Shown here piece by piece: positions 39,701 to 50,800 of a stretch of DNA of 64,000 nucleotides. The translations under genes were made by a program, and so were the position numbers. Under the pieces are notes generated by a model, which worked only from the letters and a program-made list of their open reading frames with translations, made no database searches and was not told where the DNA came from. Where the stretch lies: the NCBI GenBank assembly GCA_964035545.1, contig OZ037770.1, positions 12,576,642 to 12,640,641 on the forward strand, written 5' to 3'. Each line of letters begins with the position of its first letter. The stretch's first letter is position 1. Source of the DNA: Bugula neritina (Eukaryota > Animalia > Bryozoa).

Positions 39701-42700
39701 ATAAGTTTGATTCGGTTATGTTTCTAGTAGGCAGTCAGTAGCGACATTTTGTTGTGTTCAACAGATTGGTCGAGGAATTCATGCTCTTAGCCAATATGGC
39801 TGTAGCCCGTAAAATCTACAGAGCCTTCCCTGATGCGGCAGTACTGAGGAGGCACCCCGAACCTCAGGATAAAATGTTGTCTGACCTCGAGCTAGCCTGT
39901 GAGAGTATGGGGCTACATATTGACACCTCTAGCAGTCAGTCTATCCAGGTTAGTCATTAGTACATATGAGTTAGTGCTTAGTACTTAGTAGTGAGTACCT
40001 AGTAGTGAGTACCTAGTAGTGAGTAAGTGAGTCCATAGGAGTGAGTAGTTAGTGATCAGTACTGAGGAGTCAGTAGTTAGTACTGAGTACTTAGTAGTCA
40101 GTACCTAGTAGTAAGTACCTAGTAGTGAGTACCTAGTAGTGAGTAGTGTTTGTGTGAGTGCTGCCGCCGATATTACATAACTCTGCATAGTGCTGCTAAA
40201 CACTAGAATTTGTCGTAGGAATCGTCTACTCTGTAACCCTAGAATATTATATATAGCCTTAGAACCCTTGGTATACCCTTATCATACAAGATCTGTATCT
40301 ATACATATTGAGAGTTTATATTCTTGTTTTATGACATATATTTCTGATGATTTTTTCTTTCTTCATTCATGTAACTATTTGTAAAATGCACACAACTCTT
40401 GGTTTGGTTTAGTGAATATAAAAACCGTCTAGTAAAGAAAACTAAGGCCAGGGTTCTGTGAAGTTATCTTTCCTCTGTTACAGGAATCTATCATGCAATA
40501 TATGCCTGCAGACACAGACTCTGTAGAGAGCAATGGTAAGCTGCAGATACTAATGCAGCTCTGCACTAAGCCAATGCAGAAAGCATTGTACTTCTGTACA
40601 GGATCTCTTGATGACGAGACCCTATTCCGCCACTATGCGCTCTCCGTGCCTTTTTACACCCACTTCACTTCTCCCATCAGAAGATACCCCGATGTCATGG
40701 TGCACAGGCTATTGGCTGCCTCGCTAGGTACTCAAGCTATATATATTGTCAATTCAACTAAAATCATGTCAAATATACAAATGCTGGACAAAATTATTGC
40801 CAGCAAACATTGCTTGAAAACACAACCCAAATGCTTGAAACAAACAAAAATCAATAATGCAAAAAATACCAACTTTCACTCATGACAGAGCTTGCATGTG
40901 TGATTTGTCAGTTTAGTTACTACACTGCTGTTATGGCAAGTTTTCTTTTGATTAAATTTGTTTAGTTTAATCAAATAATTTGTTTATGCTTAAAACTGCT
41001 AATTGAGTATGTACACAAGTTGGCTGTTTTATTTTGACCAATATAATTACATGTCAACAAGGTCAAAAAGTGACTGTGGGTCTTTTTGCAGCAGGCTAAA
41101 CTCGAAACACACTTTAGCCTCTTGTGCATTTTTTATCATGTTTCACAAAGTTAAGCCTTCTACGTTATATAAACTGTGTCCAGCTCTTATCAAGCTCTCA
41201 GGGCTCAATATTTTCCCGTTGCCATGCCAACCTAATCTAAAAACAGAGTGGGAATCGTTTTCTCTCTTTTGAAAGGAATTCATTTGCTTATAACGAAAAC
41301 AAAAAGTACCAACTGCTGTATCAGGGACGTAGCCTCAGAGAAACACATGTTATTTGTTACAGGCTATGTTGAACCGCCCCGAGCTGATAATAAACAAATG
41401 GAAGCTCAGGCTAGACATTGTAATGATAAGAAAGACAACGCTAAGAAGGCGGGAGACCTCTCTGTTGAAGTGTTCTTTGTGGCAGCATTGAAGGTTTATA
41501 GTACTATTTTTAGTATTTGGATTTACATTCTCATATATTCTGATACCCTTTTAGTACTGGTAAATGTTAGACTGGCAGAAACTGATAGTAATATTACACA
41601 GGCTCTCCTGTTTATTAGTTTGTTTGCTTTTACAGTCTTTCCAAATTAGAGTTGTGTCTCCTTTTATTATAATATTGTAGCATTTCTTACCTGCATGCCA
41701 TTTATTTGGCTCTACAGTATAACTCTGTCAACTCTGGAATAGTCTCCAGTCCAGATTTCTAGTGTTAGAGTTGTGTTCCCCTATTCTAGGCACGAGGTAG
41801 CATCACGGAGAGAGCCATGGTGATGGGAGTTCTCAGTCAGGCTATAGACGTTGTCTGTATCGAACTTGGATTTAAGAAACGAATTTATACTAATGTAAGG
41901 TGCCCTTAATAGCCGTATATGATATTAGAGCTAATAGTAATAGTAGCAGCAGTAGTAGTGGTGGTAGTAGCAGTAGTAGCAGTAGTAGTAGTAGTAGTGG
42001 TAGCAGTAGTAGTAGTAGTACCAGTAGTGGTAGTATAATATAGTAGTACTAGTAGTACTAGTAGTAGTAGTAATAGTAGTAGTAGTAGTAGTAGTAGCAG
42101 TAGTAGTAGGGGTAGTAGTAGCCTTAGTATTACTAGTAGTTTCATCAGAAAAGTTCTAATTGGTTTATAGTGATAGCAATAGTATAGTAATAGTATAGTA
42201 ATAAATATGATAATTGTTTTGAAAGTCAAGGTTATGCAATGGCTTTAAGTTTTTTGATTTTCTAAGAAAACCTAATTGAAACTCAAGTAATATCTAACAA
42301 GTCATCAACACGTGGATGTTTTCATTGAATCACACACACTGATGTTTTAGTCTCTCAAACTAAAGGGGTTGCCAGTATTTAAACATGAAGGGACAAATCC
42401 AACTCTCACCCTCGCCTGGCCCACAGATGATGGTCAGGTGACTCATCAGACAATAAAGCTGTTTGATATCGTGACGTGTCAACTCCGTGCCGAAGATGAT
42501 CTCTTTAAGTTTGAGGTAATCTCATTCGTGTCGTCTGCTACTTGACATTTATAAATAATATTACTTATTTGAACCCAAGGTGTGGTCTTTGCAAGTCAAA
42601 ATAATTTGTGTTGTGAAAAGAGAAATAATTCTTGGAAAGCTGTAATATTTATGCATTTGCAATATGTTCCTTGTAAGAATTTGCTCTTTTAAGCTATTTA

Positions 42701-43097
42701 ATTTTCAGTACAGCTTTCTAATGAAGCAGCAGGCCTTTATGTTTGTTTAGTAATAGTTCCATGCTTCATATAAATGATATCATATTCAAAACTATATATA
42801 TATTTTCTTATCTAACCATAGCTTAGTAATTAACTTACTGTGTTATTAAAAGTCTTAATACATACTTACTATGCTCAAGTATTGTTAGTTATGGCAAGTA
42901 GACTAGAGTTGTCTCCCCATTGCAACTAGTACTGTTACCTTGCAGTTGCAATACTATTACCTTAATATCCTAGTCCACGGAAATAACTTGAAACAAGTTT
43001 AAAGTTGTCTTTCCACATTATATAGGTTGTGCTGATGCACCCCTCAGAAGCTGCTTGCCTCTCTTCTTCCACCCCTTGTATGGACCCCTCACTGTAA
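30782..43097 (+). CDS. DIS3L2: DIS3-like exonuclease 2 (RNase II/R family 3'-5' exoribonuclease), about 918 aa, 20 coding exons
   Basis: Phase-consistent exons: 30782-30885, 31594-31695, 31890-31982, 32274-32409, 34056-34311, 34714-34856, 35423-35567, 35960-36047, 36359-36458, 36959-37112, 37486-37642, 38122-38254, 38732-38839, 39294-39430, 39765-39948, 40484-40727, 41363-41493, 41790-41894, 42351-42515, 43026-43097. Motifs: [19 protein letters not shown], catalytic [59 protein letters not shown]. There is no PIN domain, which points to DIS3L2 rather than DIS3 or DIS3L. Confidence 0.95.
32425..32744. repeat. Minisatellite, 21-bp unit (CTCTACACACTGTATATTATA), about 15 copies
   Basis: Read directly. 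Starts about 15 nt after the DIS3L2 exon 4 donor. Confidence 0.95.
35670..35886 (+). mobile_element. tRNA-derived SINE with a Meta-domain-like core (best-preserved copy)
   Basis: tRNA-like head with A box TGGTCTAGGGG and B box GGGTTTGAACC. Core GGTGATGTTGGGAAGAGCATCTAGCCATAA resembles the MetaSINE motif GGAAGGGCATCCAGCCGTAA. At least 4 copies in this window. Confidence 0.78.
36624..36732. repeat. Minisatellite, 15-bp unit (GTCTGCTAGTAGTAC), about 7 copies
   Basis: Read directly. Intronic. Confidence 0.9.
37633..37727 (+). repeat. Tandem triplication of a 33-bp unit containing the DIS3L2 exon 11 splice donor
   Basis: AGCTGTGCAG|GTAAAATATAGACAGACCTAAAG at 37633, 37666 and 37699. Confidence 0.9.
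37853..38056 (+). mobile_element. tRNA-derived SINE copy (diverged)
   Basis: GTCTAGAGGTTAGAGCGTT..TAGTAAAC..GTCATGGGTTC..GTTGGGAAAAGCATTCAGTCATAATTGCTCCTGTGCC matches the 35670 copy. Confidence 0.72.
38581..38697. repeat. Minisatellite, 15-bp unit (GCAGATGTACAATAG), about 8 copies
   Basis: Read directly. Ends about 35 nt before an acceptor. Confidence 0.9.
39981..40147. repeat. Degenerate 14-bp minisatellite (AGTGAGTACCTAGT)
   Basis: Read directly. Starts about 30 nt after a donor. Confidence 0.8.
41935..42137. repeat. Imperfect (AGT)n microsatellite
   Basis: Read directly. Confidence 0.9.
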
Positions 43098-43695
43098 CCC
43101 CTAACAGACACCACTGATTACATGCTGGAGACATCAACAGTCTGCTGCTAGTATAATAACCACTTCCAAGAGAAAGAGGCGTGGTTTAATAATAGCCACA
43201 CCTTTTTTCTGTCATTTTATCTTCTATTCAAATTCAAAGTGTTGCAATACATTCTGCCCAGTAATGTAGATCACTGTACGTTAAATCGCATGAAAATTGC
43301 AGTATTTTGCTCAAACTTATTGCTTGTACTTTTGTCAGTTTTCAGGTCTAACTGGAAGTAATTTTTGAGATTTTCATCACAATGAATGTATGGCAATCAT
43401 TCATAATATAAAAATAATGCTAATTTTAATTTTTATTTAATGTACTAAATACTATTTTTTGTAGAGTTTTGAATTTTTAGATTTCAGTATGTAGAAAATT
43501 TTATTCCCAGGTTTCAAGCCTGAATAGCAAAAGAGCTTTCTGTATATTGTGTTCATAAAAATACTAAATTCAGCTTGTAATTTACTTTTACCCAAGAATA
43601 CTTTAATTTATGGAGTAAAAAATATTGTTGGAAGTTTGTTGTATCTTTTATTTATTTTAATGATTGTTTTAATTGATGCAACCAATTTGTTTTTA

Positions 43696-43708
43696 ATAAA
43701 TAAATAAA
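43696..43708 (+). terminator. Candidate DIS3L2 polyadenylation signals (overlapping AATAAA)
   Basis: AATAAATAAATAAAA about 600 nt after the stop codon. Confidence 0.4.
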
Positions 43709-44832
43709 AGTTGATGCTGAGTACACCTAAATTCTGTAAATAAAGGGGGACTTGCATAGTCAGTAGGTTTAAACTAGATGGGTATAATATTATATATATT
43801 ATCTATAATATTATAAATTATAAGCTTATGAATATTAGGTAATTAGCTGTGTAGATTATTTTTGCACATTAAAATAATTGAATTTCGGAGAATAATGTTA
43901 GACAATGCAGTTTAATTTAAAAATATATAATGAAATGCACAGTAATAAGTTCTACATCTCACTAATTAGGATGTCATTTTAAAATATGCTCATGTACATA
44001 AGTTATTCATAACAACTTGCATTTTCCACTATTAGTATTAAGTAATATTCAAATTTTCTAGAACCAACTGGCAAAACATTGTGTTTCGAAAGCTCAGCAT
44101 TTTTATACAAACGGATTAGTATTGGAAAGCAGTAGCATGAAATGAAACCACAACCACGTATAATTCATGATTCCTACTAGAATCTGTTTGCATATAATGC
44201 GAAGTAACAGAAACGCAGTGAAAGAAAACATACACTATGTAGATATCCTGACGTGAGATATCATACAAATAACATATTAAATATAGCATATATTATTTAT
44301 ATGTATAGTATTTGTGAAAATGAATGCATTATTTATAAAATCTCTGTGGTGATAATCTGCCCCTGATTGTCTAAGCGGGCATTGTCTCTAGGATGTGGAA
44401 TGAAGGAGGGAATACATAAGTTAGACTCTATAGGAATGCAGGTGGAGGTAACTGAGTTAGTAGTGTATACAGTCAAATATATTAAATGCAGACTCCATGT
44501 TACTCAGCAACACTCTGTCTGAGACATGATTATGTAATGTTAGAAATATGTTTTTTGCAGTTATGTTCGAGTTACTCTGCACCTGCATGTCTGTCATTTA
44601 CACTCAAGTTATTTATTACTTCCAGTGTGGGAGGTTTATTAGTTAGCATTTGTAGACCTGCAGGTTAAGCTGAGGCTTAGCATTTATTTACTTCTCAAGT
44701 GTAAGAGCTGCTCTTATTTGGTTCCAAACTACATATTGTGACCAAGTACGAAAATACGTCACTGAGTCATACAAGAAAATGTTTTTACAAATAAACTTTA
44801 TTTAGCAAATTAGTAAAATATAGGTGATAAGT

Positions 44833-47800
44833 TTAGTATTTTATTGTGTATCTCCTGAGTCCATCATCTCCACATGCTAGAAACACCTTGTCTCTATTAT
44901 ACACAGCAATGTCCCACACCCTGTCACTCACACCAAGACTTTCTTTTGAAAAGGTCTGCATCAGTCTCCCTATAAATAGAACACCAGATTGCATCAGTTT
45001 GAGACAAACAGACAGACTACTGTGACATCACAACAGCTGACACAACTACATGCAGTTTCTACTTCCTATAAGTATAATATAGTAACTGAAATATATTCAA
45101 TAATATACCTGCAGCTGCACTATAATAAATATCAACATATTTCTCACCGAGAAAAACTTCCTTTAAAGATGGAACTAAGCAGATCAGGTTGAAGATAATA
45201 AACTTCTACCAGTCAGTATTGAAAAATTCACTGAGCTGCTCTACTGTTTACTTCATAATAAATGACGAAATGAGTTTTTATATGCAAGCATAAGATGGTG
45301 TCTCATTATACAACTGCATTGACCTTCACCTCAAAACTTAGCCTGTGACTTTTAGCAAGAACATGCCTACTTTTATACTACGGCTACTCCAACACTATCA
45401 TATTTTAAATGCATGAGAAGAACCAACCACAGCCACCTGACTCACCAGCAAACACTGCTTTATCAGCCATTATCAAATATTACAATAGTCAATAACTATC
45501 AAATTATTTATATCTTTAAATTATCTGATGACCAAAACAATAGCAGACTGAAGTCAAACTGCAACTCAAAACTAATGTATAGCTGGCAGTCTGTTCAGTT
45601 TTTAGACTGGGAACCTCTAAAATTACATTAAAACAACTCCATGAAATACTAATTATTGCAAACTAGCCTCAAAGCCAAGTACTTACTAACAATATCGTAA
45701 TATAGCCTGTGAGTTGAAACTTATTATTTATAATGATAAATACATTATTTATTTACCTTCAAATGAGAGGATGAGAAGAGGACCACTGTATGTGCAGATG
45801 TGAATCAGTTGTGATGCTGGATCAAAAGAAACACCAGTTGGATATGAGATGTGCGGAAATTCCCACATTACTGTGAGAGCTGTGTTCTCCACTTTATATC
45901 TTCCCACTTTACCATCTGCAGTACAGTCCCCTATGATGAGAGTTGAGTCTGGGAAGATGCATATAGGTCGAAGGTTATTCATCCCAGGAAGTGGGAACTT
46001 CTGCACATTATTGTCAACTAGATTACAAACTACCAGCTGATTCTCTCTCCTGTCTAGAATATAGAGTAATGAGAGGTGCTGAGCTATTCTATAGGAAGTG
46101 ATGAATGCATTTACTGACTGCTTATAAAGAGAGTTGGTTTTTTTTAGGGAGTTTGGATCAAGAAGTATGACTTCAGCTAATTTCTCTTTCCTGTTATAAC
46201 AGCTGCCAACCAACACCCCTTCAGGTTGGATTATCTCCCACCACCATGTAGCTTTGGTGTTCTTCATTGAGCTGATAGTATCCAGAGTGTGTCTATTTCT
46301 TACTTCTACACCTTCTCGTGTCCCACACATAAGATGCCCTTCAGCTGAGATGTTTACTCTCCCAAACCAACCACGAACAGGAAGTCCATCAGACTGTAGA
46401 GATGCTGGTATTGTACCAACACTCACCAACTTCAGCCCCAGACAGTCTTCACTGTCTGCAACGACATAATAATTCTATAACTTGATAATCTCATCACCTG
46501 CACAGGTAGAGAGTGTTTTGTTAATACTGACAGCAGTAGTCAGCATAACACCGTTTAGCAGCTCACTTATACATCATAAACTCTGAGCACTGCAGAAATG
46601 TCTCATAATGTGAGAGTAGAAATAACAAAACTCAATCCTCTAATAAATATCAACTATACACTGAATCAACTTTTTAAAATACTTGCAGCTTTCAAGGTTT
46701 TTAGGTGAACTGCCAGAAAGAAAACCTTATCGATAGGCAAAATAATTCCAGTGCTAAGCAGTGAATAAATTCTCATGTTATCCTGAATTTGTGGTGATGG
46801 ATTCTGTTTAATAATTCTACATACTTGCAGGTGCCAGGAATTTGCAAGGAACGGAACATTTCTCTATCATGCTGATGTCTAAAGCCTTTTCCATTTTTTC
46901 ACTCATCTCTTTGTAGTCTCGCACAATGCCTGCATCATTGAACTTATCAACTGCATGTTGTACTCTGTCCACCAGAGATAACTTATCAACACCATGTTTC
47001 ACTGCCAGGTCATATCTATAATTAACCACCATCTCTGTGCTGCTTCTCAGATATTCTGATAATTCATCCTTCAGTTCCTCACCTCTCTTTCTTATCTCTT
47101 CTATCTAATGAATAGTAACACAGTATAACCACATCTGCACCTCACAATCTCTACACTTGACATGAGAGTGACAGCTGACAGACCACCCACTGAGTAGACA
47201 CACAGTGACTCAGTCATGTGACATTCTATACACAGCAGACTGTAAGTACATCACGTGACTAGTCTCCTCTTTCTGACACCTGGCAATCACTCACACAGCC
47301 AACCTCCCTGTGTGGGTGATTAACAGTTGCGGAAGGATGAGTGAGTCACCTGTATTGACAAGTTCACCTGCATTGAGTGTCACGTCTTCAATGGCTACTT
47401 GCACATATAACCATAATGATACAGTTTAATGGCTACTGATTTCTGGTCACAAATAAATTATTTCGCTGCACAAATATTTTTAATGATAAATAAGTGCAGT
47501 GGTAGAAACTGAACACCAGTATGAGGATTTCACTCCAGTAGTTACATATATAGCATGATAGTAGTTACATATTATAGTGAATATATAACTTCAACATGGC
47601 ATCATCAAGCTGTGAATCTACATAATAGTTGTCTATAGTCTCTACAAACATGTCTGCCAACCTTTGCATTAACTGTAGCATATACTCTGGCAAACATCTT
47701 CTTCACATCATCTTCTATTTCACTGAGCTGTCTCCAGGCATCCTTTGATATGTCATTCAACTCTGAAATTTTCTCAGACAGAATCTTCATTCCCTCGGTC

Positions 47801-50800
47801 AGTTTGTCTCTCAGCTCATGGGAAAAATCATTCAATGATGTTACGTTGTGAAAAGCTGCTTTTCCCTCTGAAATAATATTCAAGTATTTCCCTCAAGATA
47901 TTCAGTGTATCAGTTACATTAGACTGAGTTCTATTCATGTGGCCAGACAGGAACACATGATATTCTCATGTAAACAATGATGTCTTCTAAATATTAGCAG
48001 AGCTTATTAAAAACTAAAATATAAAATTGGAGAAAGAAATCACCTGCCACTTTTCCACATCCACTCTTAAAGTCACATCGAATACAGAATCTCTGGTGAC
48101 ACTCAGAACACGCCTCCATCAGCTGATGATGTCTATGATGTTCACAGTTAGTAATAGTATAGCGTTGTGGAGATGCTGTGTAAACATCAATTGGGATAAA
48201 CTGATGTCTGGTGTTCAGGTAAGTCTTTGTGTATTCTTCATGTTTCTGACAAAAAAAATATAACTGACTCATGAATCACAGCAAGTAGCCAACAGAAGTG
48301 CAAACAATTATTACAGATGTAATAGCTTATTCACACACGACGTTTTTTGTTCGTTGGGTCCGACGAATGCCCAACTAACAAACATCGCACCTCTTTGTCG
48401 CGCCAGCTGCAATAGTAGTGTATAGTTGCATAGCAACAGTGCTTTTACTAGTAAAGTTGTGACTAGTTAAATTTAGCGATAACCAAGTAAAAATAATTTA
48501 TTAATTATAATCAAATATGAAACATTTAAATTATGACAAATTTAATAGCTAAACAAAAGCTAAAGATTTAGTAGATTTATGTTTAACAACAGTTGGACTG
48601 TAAAAAGGAAATGAAAATGACACGTAAAACTGCAATGCCGTAGTCGTGCTTTTATATCAAACTCAAACTGATTATTTATTTTTTTGTAGCCTTTCATTAC
48701 TTATTCTACTTATATTTTTTATTGTTGCTAAATAAAAAATTAAAATGACCTGTTTTATAGTATTTTTTCTATGAAAGAACTATAGCTAAGATGTTTCAGC
48801 TGGAACAATTATAAAATAAAATAGAAGTTGGTAGTGTCTACTTTAGGTGAAATGATTCAGTTGCATCAGTTTCAATTTAACTACATTTTAACTTTTTTCA
48901 AGTCACGTACTGCTACTCATTGTGCACATCGACTCAGTTGCTTACGTGCATCTTTGTATTCAGGATGACAAAGATCATACTGATACAGTGCAGCTGGTCA
49001 AGCTATGATGATTTCTATAAAAAAAACGTGCTTCCGTCATGAAAACTGCTTGAAATAATTTTAAGATGCTGCTGACTAGCAAAAATATGCTTCCTACAAA
49101 TTTGCTCCTTTTAATTAATTAGCAATTATTATTATTAATATTACTAAAATATTGATTATTTAGTTTAGTTACAATGTTTGCCATGTGAATTATGCCCGCG
49201 ATTTTTGCTTTTTGAAATAAGCCAATGGAGTGCAATCAGAAAAAATTCGTCAGCTGAAACCTTGCTGGATCAGGTTCCAACGAAACTGTTGATCTAAAAC
49301 GAACAAACTCTTCTACGGTCAGACCAATCAAAGGACGCTAGTTTGGCGCAATTGACGCAATGGTTCGGTCACGTGATCCGAGACTACCAAAATTCGCATT
49401 CGTCGTGCCATTTTGGTCCGCTATTCGTCCAATTCGTTGATCATGTGAATAAGCTATAGAGGAGAATTCTACAGAACAACTCATCAGTATGTCCCAGACT
49501 AGTGGCTACAGTCAACACATAATAATGTTATAATTTTCAGATTTAGGGTTGATGTGCTATCCAGAGAGTCTATTTATTTACTATAGAACTGCACCAGGAT
49601 AAGTCGAGTGAACGAGTATATTTTACACACAATTATACATTATAAAACGATACATTATTTCCAAACAAGTTACACATCTAATCTATTTCACACTCTAGCT
49701 TCGACTGACTTAGCAGCGGGAAACTACAATTGCTGCTAACTATCAACTACGCTAATTGGCTATCCATTGTTCCGGGTCAATTACGCGACCCTACATGTCG
49801 TGCTGCTGGTAGTTCCACGAACCACCACACCGCCCCCACCAGCAGAAAGCCATCTTTCTGATATATATATAAAAAAAACATTCAATAGTAATTGCATACA
49901 TCAGTGGACAAAATAATACATAATATACAGGAAGAGACACAATAATAGGCAGAGTCATTTAACGATCCGTTGCATACAATTGGCCAGCTGTAGATAGACG
50001 AGGAATACTAGCTAGCTGTGGTATTAGACAAGGAATAACCTGTCTAGCAGTTAAGCATTTGCACGATCTTGGCTTCTCCCAAGAGGCGGAGTTGGAGTAC
50101 TCCGGGTAGTCTAACTAGAGTCCTTGTTGGGCACGCCGGTGCTTGGCTTGGCATGTACGCAGTTTCCGTTTCATACGGCATACGGATCCCTTTAGCTGGA
50201 AGAGTCCTGTGGTAGTGTTAAGTAGATCTGGTGCCAGCTGGGTGAACTCTTCTTGTAATCGTAGGAGGCGTTCTTCTACGGTAGCCAGGCGTACTGGGTC
50301 TGGGGACGGTGTCCGTCTGCGGCGCAAGGGTGGACTGGGGGACCTGGTTCGTCTCTTCGCCGGTGTAGGGGAGATCTCTCCTTCTTCTGGGTATGTAATT
50401 TCCTCGGGGGTGTATGTAATTTGAGAACGGTCAGACACCAACGGGGATTGTTGGCGGGCGTTGTCTAACACACGTTGGAACCCCGAGGACAGAACGGCTA
50501 ACAGCATGGCCTTCTTCACCAGAGGTCGTATAAGTGTGAGGAACTCCGGGTATAGCTTAGCGTCGACCACGTAATTTTCTCCAGGGAAACAGCCCGCCGC
50601 TCGGTGTCTGGTGACGGGGTAGGGATACACATCATTGTACCCGCAGGGGCAGAATGTTAGTAGGAGATGAGCATTGACGTGTAGTTTAAGAGAGCGGTGA
50701 GAGGCGCAATCTTCACCACAGATCTGGCATCTCGTCCGTCCTCTGGACCCCCAGGCCGTTTCTATTTCTTCTTCTGTTTGTGGAGACACCCACCGCCAAC

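Noticed and set aside
32372-42229. Repetitive-peptide ORFs (YTLYIIL, RLLVV/SSTSA, CTSAY, poly-L/poly-T)
   Set aside because: These are translations of intronic mini- and microsatellites whose unit lengths are multiples of 3.
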